A stretch of DNA of 63,118 nt, counting the filler, from Asterionella formosa (Eukaryota), in assembly GCA_002256025.1 (NCBI GenBank). It is 13 parts of 13 records of this genome, joined end to end, with 100 filler letters (N's around TTAATTAATTAA, not from the genome) between each part and the next. Parts side by side here need not be neighbours in the genome. Positions count along the whole stretch, not along the records: positions 42,549 to 59,622 come from NKIB01004569.1; 12 more parts are not named here. The stretch is one strand, 5' to 3'. This document shows positions 47,154 to 59,622 of the stretch, piece by piece. Under the pieces are notes generated by a model. That model was not told the origin of the DNA, did not search any database, and saw only the letters and a list, made by a program, of their open reading frames with translations. Within the stretch, counting starts at the first letter, position 1. Each line of letters begins with the position of its first letter. The translations under genes and the position numbers were made by a program.

Positions 47154-48390
47154 NNNNNNNNNNNNNNNNNNNNNNNNNNNNNNNNNNNNNNNNNNNNNNN
47201 NNNNNNNNNNNNNNNNNNNNNNNNNNNNNNNNNNNNNNNNNNNNNNNNNNNNNNNNNNNNNNNNNNNNNNNNNNNNNNNNNNNNNNNNNNNNNNNNNNNN
47301 NNNNNNNNNNNNNNNNNNNNNNNNNNNNNNNNNNNNNNNNNNNNNNNNNNNNNNNNNNNNNNNNNNNNNNNNNNNNNNNNNNNNNNNNNNNNNNNNNNNN
47401 NNNNNNNNNNNNNNNNNNNNNNNNNNNNNNNNNNNNNNNNNNNNNNNNNNNNNNNNNNNNNNNNNNNNNNNNNNNNNNNNNNNNNNNNNNNNNNNNNNNN
47501 NNNNNNNNNNNNNNNNNNNNNNNNNNNNNNNNNNNNNNNNNNNNNNNNNNNNNNNNNNNNNNNNNNNNNNNNNNNNNNNNNNNNNNNNNNNNNNNNNNNN
47601 NNNNNNNNNNNNNNNNNNNNNNNNNNNNNNNNNNNNNNNNNNNNNNNNNNNNNNNNNNNNNNNNNNNNNNNNNNNNNNNNNNNNNNNNNNNNNNNNNNNN
47701 NNNNNNNNNNNNNNNNNNNNNNNNTGCGCTTTGCTCTATATGCAAAAAATTAGAAATGACCACAAGAAGCAATCATGCAAGCGAAACCATGTGCATTGTG
47801 CTTTCTGGGAACCACCCAACAGTGACTCATAACTGACTACTGGTACCGGTGCTGGTGCTGGAACCAGGTACCTGGTACCGATAATACCAGTGTCAGGTAC
47901 AATGTGGTACATGGCACTGGTACCAGTTCCTTGCACCCGGTTCCTCATGAGCGACCTTTTAAATGTCAGTTGGTGATTTGCTCTGCTCTGATATGTACGT
48001 ACTTCGGGAGGATAATAAAATAACTTTGTCAAGAACGAAAAGCTGGGGGGCTGGAGAAACTACCGGTACTCCTAAACCACCTTGCACCTGGTACCTGGAA
48101 CTTACCGGCATACACTTCTTGGAGAAATTCCATCGGAAAAGACTGCGTTTACCGGTATACCATGGTGTACGCAGCATCTCTTTAAGATTACCTCCCCTTT
48201 ACTAGTTTCCAATTAGACGACAGCCATGGAGCCTGACGTAATGACCATCCTTGAGACGACTATTAATAATAACGTTTCAACACAGATAATTATGTAACAT
48301 TATATTATTGGTACAGATATATAATTCAGTTAACGTCTTACATATGTATCAATGGAATGTTGCCCGACGAAAAAGCCGGAAAAGTGTCTA

Positions 48391-49468
48391 CTATTTTGTT
48401 GCGTTGATAGTGTCATTGTCGTTTGAGTTGTTGTCTGATCTAAATGAGAAGTTAGCTCCGTTCACTGGAGCGTTGTATCCAAAGATAAAACGTCGCTGCG
48501 GGTTGAGTTCCGTATCATTTCGATACGCAACAGGTCGTCGGAGTACAGACAACGAAGAGTTGCTCGGACCCACGAAGGAGTTGGCATAGCCATCAGATGG
48601 ACCAGCACCCCAGAGCTGGCTGGACCTTGAAGATATCTTTAGCGGTACCTGCAAGGGTAATAAAAGGCGAATATCGTCAGGCGACGAGATTCTCATTTCC
48701 ACAAGCTCTTCTTCCATTGTTGAGTGATCAGTCATTTCATAATCAGTATCGTCATCATCACCATGATCATGACTCGTATTGACAAACAAACCTGCTGGCA
48801 TGGCATCGATGCAGGGTAGGTCCGGACTATTGCTCAGATTGGGCGAGGTTCGCGGTGATATTCTGGGCTTTAGAGGTATTCGCGGTATCCTGCGGCCCAG
48901 TGGTAGATCAATTGTATCGCTTGTATCGAACGGCAGCTCCTGGGCAAATCCCATGCCTTCTTCATGGAAATCGTGACATGAAAACTCCTCAGGGAGGAAC
49001 AAAGGCAAGAACAGCGCCTGGTTCCTCTTCAAACTATCCGAGACATGACTTCCCTCCACTATCTTGGCGATCGCCTCTTTCATTAAACAGGGCGGTGGCG
49101 ATGTTATGCCTGACTCGGATAGATATTCGGGAGTATGTACCTTATTGTGATAGTTAGGGCTCAAGCGCCTATTGTCTGCATGGAGAAACGGCATGGCGAT
49201 ATTGCGATCCCCTGGCTCACTGTCTAGGAAATCTCCATATCGGTTTCGTCCCGTCATTTGGCGCTTCTGTCGGTGTTCGGTCATTGGAGATGTCATGGCG
49301 CCTTTTTCTGTCAATTGGTCCGACAAAAGGATCGTCGAAGTTGTGTACAATGTGTGCTGAAATCGAAAAGATGAAGTGTATGTATTGTAGCTATAGCCAG
49401 CCGTACATGGAGTTTATGGCGGGTTGCATAGAATAATAGTACTCTGTACTCCGTACCTGGTACGCCAT
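48391..49468 (-). CDS. Hypothetical disordered Pro/Ser-rich protein; probable micro-exon 49468-49457 plus exon 49356-48391
   Basis: 319-codon ORF; a putative phase-0 intron 49357-49456 (GTACGG...TTTCAG) joins MAYQ to HTLYTT in frame; alternative start at 49296. Confidence 0.6.
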
Positions 49469-50274
49469 CACAGAAAAAGAAGAACCAGCAAAATTATTGT
49501 GGCCTTGTAGCTCTAAAAGATCTTCAGAGCTGGATAGTTTGAAATACTCTGAAGGAAGAAATTCGATTCCATCAGAGTGCAACAATGATCTGACGTGTGT
49601 TCTTTTCGGCGGGAAAAAGCAAAAAGTATCATATTAAATAAAGTAACGCCAAAACGAGCAGAGGCGACTCCTAGAAGGTAATTTGAAGTTTCAATCTGGT
49701 AAGTAATGAAATTTCTGACACTTTTTCAATCAACTTATGAGAGTTCTAGAGCTGCTCAAATCCATATCCGAAAACAAGCCTGTTTATTGGACCAACATCA
49801 ACCAGTGCACCCTTAATAATGTACCAACTGTCCTATGCTACCTCGTCGATCAACGTCACTCATGAAAAAAAGGCGTCATCTGACGTAATCCTACTGGTAA
49901 TACGGTACCGTTACCAGGTACCCTTGTTCTCGTTGAAACATACAACGATGGCAGTAGTACCTGTTTATTTGGTATAGCAAAAAGCCGAAGTTGCTTTCTG
50001 CACCTTCTTGCCAGAAGTTAAATACTGATGCTATTTGAAAGCTACTTATGTATCTAAATCACCTTCAGAACCAGCCAACAGTGAGCTATCACTGTCCAAA
50101 AATTTGACAATATCGACTTTTTCTATGGTTGCCAAAATATTGGAATCAGAATTCTTGCTATGAGCCAAAATGTCATCATCAGAATAGTAGATGTGTGCCG
50201 GAATCTTTTGTTCTAAAATCTCCTATCCAACAAATTCCATTCTAATTGACCGCTTCCACATATATAAAAAGATT

Positions 50275-50638
50275 AGTATGTTTTATAGCCCATTCAAACT
50301 CCCCTATTTTTTGGCAAGTCTGTCATTGTGTTACCTGCCAACAAGACCTGTGCTTCCCTAGTTTTGTTAGCATAGGTGAGTCCCCAACCACCTTTCGCAA
50401 AAGATGATCGTCTTAGCCGCAGCATTAGGGGAGAATCCTACTACCACCTAGGAAGGCGGCACAAGCTGCTTGTAGGGGGCAACCCACTATTTCTTGCATA
50501 CCACCAGGCAAGACCATGTGGGATGGTAAGGAGTGTGGGAGTCGAACCCAACAATTGCTTGTCAAAAAAATTGTGGGAATCGAACCTCACAACCTCAAAT
50601 CAATGACAACGTGCGTGCTAAACCACTAAGCCATTCCC
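50275..50638 (-). mobile_element. tRNA-headed SINE-like element, copy 2
   Basis: On the minus strand: A box TGGCTTAGTGG (50633-50623), B box GGTTCGATTCC (50586-50576), T7, second B box GGTTCGACTCC (50548-50538); colinear with 33825-34165. Confidence 0.78.
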
Positions 50639-52589
50639 TCGCTTCCACATATATAAAATATGATTGGTGAACATGAATTACATTCCTCCATTTCATTGGT
50701 CCGGTTTGCAAGATCTTGCAAACCAATGCTGGGAACATTGGATAAACATAGAACATTTTCCTGGGTGTACTGACAGTCTGAGACCATATTCATATTGGGT
50801 ACCAGTAGATGATCATCATTGAATATATGCGTACCTCTCCTTGAGTGCACTTTCAAATATTTGCCAAGCCGCCGGGTCATAGTATGCATGACACATAGTG
50901 GTCGCCAATCAGAGTATAGATTGTAGTACCCGTATATGTACATGAAAATATGTACAATATAATATACATAGAAACCGTGATTTGAATAGTCTATGTCGAA
51001 CGGATTCATTGTTAGCACATAAAATCGTCAATCGGAGTATGATAGCTAGAGAGCCTATGCAGATATGTTGATCGCATTTTAGGGTATATATATATCAAGC
51101 GATAAAGAATGTTTATATGTAAATTAGCGATATTGACAAGTAATTTATTAACATATTCGCAAATTTCCACTGATTTCAATTTTTCAAAAGAAATCACTTC
51201 ATTCAAAAATAGTTAATAAAATTCTTAATTCTAGCTAGGGATTTTGGGCAACCCTGGCAGCTGCATTCAATTAAAGACAATTTGTCTTCACACATGGCAT
51301 GACATGATTCATTTTCTTCAAGGGCAACAGCACTGTGAAAAAGCGGAGCAAAACATCCTATTTAGCAGTAGAGTAATTGTCACTTGAATCAAGCTAATCA
51401 TTGTCACAATCCTTTGTATACATTTGTAACATTGTCTAACTTCATCATGATGAAAATACTTTCAAATGCTGTTTCTACATCAAAACAAACCAGATCTCAA
51501 ATTCCCAGAAATATATTATTGTTTTTTTCTAATTCTTCATCTCAGCCACTCCTGGTCACATTTCAGACTTAAAGCTCACCAAATATTCATTAGCTTCTTA
51601 ATTNNNNNNNNNNNNNNNNNNNNNNNNNNNNNNNNNNNNNNNNNNNNNNNNNNNNNNNNNNNNNNNNNNNNNNNNNNNNNNNNNNNNNNNNNNNNNNNNN
51701 NNNNNNNNNNNNNNNNNNNNNNNNNNNNNNNNNNNNNNNNNNNNNNNNNNNNNNNNNNNNNNNNNNNNNNNNNNNNNNNNNNNNNNNNNNNNNNNNNNNN
51801 NNNNNNNNNNNNNNNNNNNNNNNNNNNNNNNNNNNNNNNNNNNNNNNNNNNNNNNNNNNNNNNNNNNNNNNNNNNNNNNNNNNNNNNNNNNNNNNNNNNN
51901 NNNNNNNNNNNNNNNNNNNNNNNNNNNNNNNNNNNNNNNNNNNNNNNNNNNNNNNNNNNNNNNNNNNNNNNNNNNNNNNNNNNNNNNNNNNNNNNNNNNN
52001 NNNNNNNNNNNNNNNNNNNNNNNNNNNNNNNNNNNNNNNNNNNNNNNNNNNNNNNNNNNNNNNNNNNNNNNNNNNNNNNNNNNNNNNNNNNNNNNNNNNN
52101 NNNNNNNNNNNNNNNNNNNNNNNNNNNNNNNNNNNNNNNNNNNNNNNGTAAGGTACCAGGTACCATACCGTTAGTCGTCGCGACCAGGCAGTGGTCCTGC
52201 CGGAGTGGCTGCGCCCTCCCTTGGATCTTGAAACCCGGATTTCCTGCTCGTCTTTGGATGCGGCATTGCTGTTTTGGTGCGTTATGCTGTTGACAAAATG
52301 GCTGGTCATCCTTAGTACCGGTACAGCACCCAGCAAGCTGGTCGGAGTACATACGACAGTCAGTACTAGTAACAGATTCCAAGGACACAACGAAAAGGAG
52401 AGGGAACACCTGTGTCCAGCACAGCCAACAGCATGCAATTACGACTAACCCTGATAGCAGTACAGATAGTACATAAAGTAAATTCTTGTTTTTGTTGCTG
52501 TTATTATTTTATTTTTCATGTATACCGGGTATTCCGATTTTAAACCACAAAACAGACCCTCACTAACTGTCTCGTCCATTGACGCAAAC

Positions 52590-53738
52590 ATGTCTGCATC
52601 CACCAACGACCAGAAGCTCCCGCCGAACGGTGCGTCCTATGGGAGCACGCTTGAAACCGATTCACTCACATGCAACTATGACGACATCAATGGAGGATTA
52701 GACATTGATATTGAATCCTCCTCCTCCGCCTTTTTGCCGTCCTCCAAACTCCGGCGTTTCGCCATTGAGCTATCGTTGTACGCCAACGTCTTTATCACCG
52801 TCACCAAGCTCGTTACATACATACAAACCATGTCTCTTAGTGTCTTGGCTGCGTTGGTGGACTCGGTCTTGGACATTGCATCACAATTGGTATTGAACTA
52901 CACCGAGCGCCACTCGTCCTTGTCTCGCAGTTCCGCGCTGTACCCCGCCGGTGCTGCGAGGCTTGAACCTGTGGGAGTACTAACATGCGCGGCGCTCATG
53001 GGTATGGCATCCTTTGAAGTTATTAAAGAGAGCATTCAGAGCTTGGTGGCGCGGGAGGTTATGCAGGATGTTTCCTTGATGAGCTTTTGGAGTATGATGT
53101 TTGTCATTGTCTTGAAGTTAGTGCTCCTCGTTTTGTGTCAACGGGCTGACACCAATTGGGCCAAAAGAAACGATAGTGCTAGTACCAAATTTACTATCTC
53201 AGACCCAACGCTGGAAGCCCTGGCCCAAGATCACTACAATGACGCACTTTCCAATGGAGTTGCCGCAGTTGCCCTGCTTTGTGCCATTCAGGATGATTCG
53301 CTATGGTTCTTGGATCCGATTGGGGCCATTGCGATTTCTGTTTACATTATTCATACATGGTTTTCGACGGGTAGAGAGCAGATTGAACAATTGACAGGAA
53401 AGTCCGCTCCTGAAGACTTTGTCTTGGAATTGAAGGAATTGGCAGAAAAGTTTTCACCAGACATGGTGGTGGATGTATGTCGTGCCTATCACTTTGGCCC
53501 AAAGTTTCTAGTCGAATTGGAAGTTGTGCTGCCCAAACATACCGTGCTTTTGGATTCGCACGACTTGGGAATGGAACTACAATATGAAATTGAATCAAGG
53601 GAAGAAGTGGAGCGCTGCTTTGTGCATATTGATTATGAAACTCGACCATATGATGAACACGTGGTGAGCAAAGTGCCAGAGTTACGGGAAAAGTATCGGC
53701 CAAGTGCATCGAGAACAACCAGTGCACATAGTATGTAG
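52590..53738 (+). CDS. Cation diffusion facilitator, Mn-CDF / MTP8-11-like metal tolerance protein
   Basis: DSVLD (TM2) and DHYND (TM5) DxxxD motifs, YPAG..RLEPVG, RAYHFG, HDLG..LQ..IE and VERCFVHIDYE. Confidence 0.93.
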   Translation: MSASTNDQKLPPNGASYGSTLETDSLTCNYDDINGGLDIDIESSSSAFLPSSKLRRFAIELSLYANVFITVTKLVTYIQTMSLSVLAALVDSVLDIASQLVLNYTERHSSLSRSSALYPAGAARLEPVGVLTCAALMGMASFEVIKESIQSLVAREVMQDVSLMSFWSMMFVIVLKLVLLVLCQRADTNWAKRNDSASTKFTISDPTLEALAQDHYNDALSNGVAAVALLCAIQDDSLWFLDPIGAIAISVYIIHTWFSTGREQIEQLTGKSAPEDFVLELKELAEKFSPDMVVDVCRAYHFGPKFLVELEVVLPKHTVLLDSHDLGMELQYEIESREEVERCFVHIDYETRPYDEHVVSKVPELREKYRPSASRTTSAHSM

Positions 53739-54281
53739 ATAGAGAAAGGATTTGCAGTAAGTTTCAATCGAAAGAATAGATGCGAACAAAATAACAAATT
53801 AGAAAAGTATGCACAATGCAGTCCCGCTGAAAAATGAAATACTATGCCACTAGACCTTGATAAGTTATTCAAAGCAATAAAGTCTTTTTTCCCATCCTCC
53901 TCCAAGTATTGGTGACATTCACCGTTGCTGAGATTCCTAGAAAATTGGCTTTTTCTCTAATTCTGTTCCACATCTACTACCACATGGTCCTTCTAGATTC
54001 AATTTTGTTCAAAATTGGAACTACAACCGCGTTCATCATCAATGAACAATCATGATATAGTAGATAGTAGCTATCTGCAACATCTCCACAGCTTACTTGT
54101 TTGCTCCTGAGATTATCAATTGCTTGTGTCTAACACACCTACTGGTATATACACATAATCAGTAAAAGAAAACAGACAATGATGCGAATGAATGCAACTT
54201 GCAAATTGTGAAAAAATGGTTGTAGACAACTTATTTACTTGTGGAAGAGGAGAGGAATAGTGCGGTGTTTTAACTGTATTG

Positions 54282-56038
54282 CTAGTGGAAGTGATTGATT
54301 CCACCAAATTGAGCAAATGGATCTTCCTTTGGTTGTGGCTGAGGGTTGGAGGATGGCATTGGCATCATGCCACCCATCATATGACTGTTATTGGTAGGTT
54401 CTGACCCACCCATCATGCCACCTCCACCCATGGGCATGCCACCCATCATTCCACCTCCACCCATTGGTTGTCCTCCCATCATATGGTTGTTATTGGTAGT
54501 AGCAAATCCACCCATCATTCCACCTCCACCCATAGGTTGTCCTCCCATCATATGATTGTTATTGGTAGATGCTGACCCACCCATCATACCACCTCCACCC
54601 ATGGGCATGCCACCCATTGGTTGTCCTCCCATCATGTGACTGTTGTTGGTAGCCACTGACCCACCCATCATTCCACTTCCACCCATTGGTTGTCCTCCCA
54701 TCGTTGCGTGGTTCGAAGTTAGGGAATGCACACCCATCATCATCATGTTGTTGTTATTGGTAGTTGTGGCACCCATACTAGTTTGCTGCTGTGGCATCGT
54801 CGTCATCATCATCATTCCTTGTGGCAGCATTGTAGTAGTACCAAGGCCCATGGTAGTAGGATGCGTACTGTTGGCATTCATGGCTTGAAATTGTTGTTGC
54901 ATGGCAAGAATTTGCTGTTGTTGCTGCTGCATCATTGCCATTTGTTGTGGTGTCATCATCATTGGTTGCTGCTGTTGATGTGACACGAATCCATTATTGG
55001 TCATCATGGGAGTGGAATTAGTTGTTGAAAAAAGACTCATGATATCGGCATTGCTTTGTTGTTGTGGTTTGGGCACAGATGCTGCTGGCGTGGGTGCAGT
55101 TGTCATGGTGGCAAACAAATCAGTTGTTGTCCCAGTTGGAGTTGATGGTGGAATGGAAAAACTCAACAAGTCCTGCGCATATGCTGCAGGTGGAGCAACA
55201 ACAGGAGCAGGAACAGGTGGTGGTGGAGCGACAGGCGCAGGTGCTGTAGCAACAGCCGAAAGACGTGGTGGTGCTGAAATTAAGGGTCCTCCATTATTCC
55301 TAGCATCTCGTGCTGCCACTCGTCGTTGTGCTGCCTCTGAAGGAGGTGCTGCAGGCTTGTTCAGTACAATGGACGGTGTCTTTCGCACAACAGTTGCAAC
55401 TACGGCCTCGTCATCGTCTTCCTCTGAACTTTCTTGCCCTTTTCCCGATAGGAACGCATCCAATGCTCGTGGATCAAAAAACTTGCGCCGTTCATACTTG
55501 TCCCGAATGTACCGTTCTCGTTGTGGCCCATCCGCAATATTTGTCAATTTGCTCTGTCCTTGCAAATGTGCTTCAAATATCTGATTAATGCGCTTATTCC
55601 CTCCTCGTTCCATGGCCAACACTTCATGTTCCTTCCCTGATAGTGAAGAAGTGATTGTATATGGATATGGAAATGGATATTGATTAATTAGTGCTTTGAT
55701 TGCCAACAACAACAACAACAACGCCGCAAGAAATTGTAACAAACGGAATTGAATACCGATAGGACAAACACAAACATTTTACAGTTAGAATACTTACATG
55801 AATCTAAATTGATGGAACGGACAAAGGCAATGTGTACACCCAATCTTCGATGTGATCCAGAACATTCCAAACACATGAATGCTCCAACTGGAGGAGTCCC
55901 TGATGGCGCTCCAGGGATTTTAATCAATGAGGCCCAACGTGGCTGTCGTTCTGGACAATCGACACAAATGGCATTCTCTGGACGATTCATGCACACCTTG
56001 AGACGTTTCTTGAAGGCTGATTGATTGCTAGCGTCCAT
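54282..56038 (-). CDS. ArfGAP, SMAP/AGD5-like, 2 exons (56038-55798, 55636-54282)
   Basis: CVDC...CLECSGSHRRLGVHIAFVRSINLDS|WKEHEV..M..GGN, RERYIRDKYE; intron 55637-55797 (GTAAGT...TCAG); DLL and DPF motifs; M/G/Q-rich tail. Confidence 0.93.
54360..54710 (-). repeat. Coding tandem repeat (TNNxHMMGGQPMGGGGMMGG) in the ArfGAP tail
   Basis: About five imperfect units visible in both DNA and protein. Confidence 0.85.
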
Positions 56039-56451
56039 GATGATTTTGGTTTGTTGTTTGCTTTGTGTTGCCTTGCTGGGAGTATCTGTCAGCTATCGGT
56101 ATCTGCCTACAAAGGCGGATGTGAAATGACCGAGTTTCTTCAGGCAGCAGCAGAGTGCAGAATAGTTTGACCGGTATAGAAGCGTTAAACAATGCGCTGG
56201 AATCACGACAATATGGAATCATAGTTGATCAATACACTATGTATGTACACCGGTATAGATTGTACGGTACTGGTGAGTCTGGTATGCAGGTAACCTTGTT
56301 CTTGTTCTTCTCCATCATCAGCAGTGTCAGCCAGCGGCAGCCAGGATCACATATGGCGGAGTACTGGCTTCGCTCAACAAATTAATGACAGCATATGATC
56401 ATACACAGTATGTACCATGTACCGCTGCTAGACTACTACAGCCATTGACCG

Positions 56452-59400
56452 ATGATAGACAATCATGATGTTAAGCAGAAGAATGACAATGGCAAAGAGA
56501 AGGAGAGGATGATGGCCACACCAGCTGCAGATGAAGAACGAAGAATTCAAGAAGGATTGTTGGAATTGTTATTCCAACGGAAACAATTGATTCGTGGCGA
56601 CATTTCTGCCGCCAAGGAGACCAAGGATGTTACTCAACTGCGCTTGACAGAATTACAACAAAAACTATCCCAATTGCATACATCTCGACAACAACATTTA
56701 GAATTACAACAGGAATTGCAACAAGCATTAGAAAAAAGTCGAGAGCGTTTACTGAAAATGATGGGACAAACTGATATTTTTCATAATTTTCTCATAGAAC
56801 AAAATGAAGAAGAAGAGCAACAACAACAACAAATTTCTACAACACCACCACCAGTAGTTGTGGATCATCAGATGGAAAATAGTGAAAACAAGGACAACGA
56901 AATGACAAATCGTTCCGAACTACTCTCAACCACAGCACGACTTTCCTACTTCACTGCAGGAGAAACGTTGGCGGAATTTTGGTGTGTTCCAAAGAGCCGT
57001 TTGCCTTGTACGAGTAGTACATTGATACCCACATTCAATCAAGAGCAACTCATAATTGACATGATGAATGTTACATCTCTAATGGCATTATCGAAGGATG
57101 CACATTCTGGAATGTATCGAAGAGAATCATTATATACTACAATTTTGTGGATTCCAGGAAAGGATCACGCGGACGAAGAACAGCAACGACAGAACCATCA
57201 GAATCTTCACAATAGACGTGAAATTGATGCTCATGTGACTCTCTGTCCCTACGAACTGGCAGGAGAATGTGCAGATATGTATTGTCCATTTCAACACTTG
57301 TCGAGCAAGCGAGAGAATCAAATTGTTAGTAGAGAGAAACTGCGGTTGCCAGATTTGAAATTACCAGCTGCTCCATCGTCTTGTGAAGTCCATGTTACAC
57401 CAGAACGACCCAAAAAGCGTCAGAGGGTTATGGAAGAGGTTGCCCGGAGTTTTGCTTGTTCCACTGAAAGTAGCAACACAGCCATGGAACAAGAACAAAC
57501 CACAGATTGGAAAGAGGAGGATTTTATTACATTACCCAAATGTCGCAAAGAAATCAATGATAGTGAGGACGAGGAAGACAAGAATGACGAAGATGATCGG
57601 CAAACAGAATCAGAAAGGCGGCACGACATGAGTGCCGGGGACAACCATGACTCTGACTTATGTTTTTGGTGGTTGTCAGATGACAAAAAAATTCAATTGA
57701 CGAAGCAAAACTTGTCCAGACTATCGTTACTTGAATGGTTGGATAAAGTATGTGAAATCAAGGTCGATTCTCGAACAACAACAATAATTCAACCTCCACC
57801 GAACACATTGATACCGTTTGTTGGCAAGATGATCGATGCCATTCGCCTTTGTGTACATGCGGGGAGATTTGATATTGCTAGGGGAATCGGAAACCTTGTT
57901 ACGAAATTCCTCTCTGACCCTTCCCTGAAAAATTGCAGAGTTGCCAATCATCTCATCCATCCGACTACTGACGTCATGGAACTCGTGACTTCGGCCTGGA
58001 GATATCACCATCAAGCCCATGGACCGCTCCCAGCGTTTTTTAAGGCGATTGTAGTAATGGCAATTGTTTCAGAATATATCAAGATCTGTCATTTTCAAAA
58101 CGATGACTCTGGTTTGAAACAAACGTCTGTTGCAATGTTTGATGTCATTCAGGGTCTGTTCAAAACAGGTTCGAATAAGAAAAAGCTGAAACGCGATATG
58201 CAACATTTGGCTGAATTGAACAGAACATCTATCCCGGAAGATGTAAACCTCCAGGCTATTCTCCAATTCAGTATTGCGTACAGGCAAGGTCATCACAGAT
58301 TGAATGAGACATTAAACTGTTCAAAATACATGATTGAACGGGATTCGTTGGCAACGGGATTACAAGCCATTATTACCCGTGGATTTTCAGCCCTTGATGC
58401 AGCGCTCGCATTTATACATCCATTGGATCCAACCAAGTCGTTATTGTTATTTTCTCATATTGACGAGACTGTCCGGACGCTCTCCTCGGAAACAGACGAC
58501 CCACTCTTGCTTACCGTACTTGCACCAATCAAAGCCCTACAAGCATGTGTCCTTGTCCGCCAGCGCAAGTACCGCCAAGCCCAACTTTGTATAGAATCGC
58601 ACCTGCATGACGAATGGGGCCTCATGAAGTTTTCAGAGCTCCTTTGGTGTCAATACGTTCAGCTCAGGGCATCACTCCCATGGAGTCCGAAGTTTCAGTC
58701 TGAAAACCACATATTGCCCATCGAACTTTTTGCGGAGCATGAAATAATTGCCATACGAATACACCAACTTGGTGTGAATTGTTTTCATCTGTCCATGTCT
58801 GGAGATCTTCCCCTATTAAAAGCTGCAAGTGATTCGAAGAAACGAGGGCGGTCGATAGAGCCATGGGTGGAAGCAGTCATCAACAAGGACTCATCACTAA
58901 AATCATTAGATCTCAGCAACTTCGTATTTACCGGCGTCTTGAGAAAAGGCGAGAAATCCGTCTCGTCTATACCCCTAAGCATTTTCGTAGGGGGTTGGGC
59001 AATTTCATCCCTCAATCTAATGAACTGCAATATCACTGAGCTACCAATTTTCTTTGGACAATACCTTCCTAATTTGCGGGTAAGTTGCTATATGATACAA
59101 TTTAATATTTTTCCTTGACTACTGTTCCGAATTGGCTCAAAATAAATTATTTTTTACGCAGCATCTCGTTCTCCAGAACAACAAATTGACAAGCCTTTCC
59201 CCCACTTTGGGATTACTGAAGAAACTAGAAAAGCTCAATATCTCGGGGAATCTTCTTAAACGTCTTCCACCTAGCCTTGGAAACTGCAAGGAACTCAAGT
59301 ACCTTGACGCGTCGTACAACCAGTTGACTATTGTGACTGAGGCCCTTGAAGGGTGTCAAAGTCTTGAGTCGTTGAAACTAGACCACAATCCCCAACTTAT

Positions 59401-59622
59401 TCACCCATCTTGTTTAGTTACCAAACTTCGGAATCTGAAGGAGTTCAAACTAGGAGGGTTGGAAGTAATTGTTACGCTCCCTCCTAAATCAGTGAGGAAA
59501 ATGCCTGTTTCTGTCAAAAATGCTTGTAAAGATGCTACTACTACGAGCAAAACCAATGCGGAAGAATTACAGAGGGATAAAACATTGACGATGGATCTCG
59601 CTGCTTCCCCCGATGCCATGAT
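56452..59622 (+). CDS. Coiled-coil + zf-C3H1 (ZFC3H1/Red1-type) + leucine-rich-repeat protein, 2 exons (56452-59079, 59162->59622), 3'-partial
   Basis: IDAHVTLCPYELAGECADMYCPFQH; LRRs LKSLDLS, LNLMNCNITELP, LVLQNNKLTSL, LNISGNLLKRLP, LDASYNQL; in-frame intron 59080-59161 (GTAAGT...CGCAG). Confidence 0.82.

Noticed and set aside
50570..50638. Functional tRNA gene
   Set aside because: A and B boxes are present but acceptor and anticodon stems do not pair, and it is part of a longer dispersed repeat.
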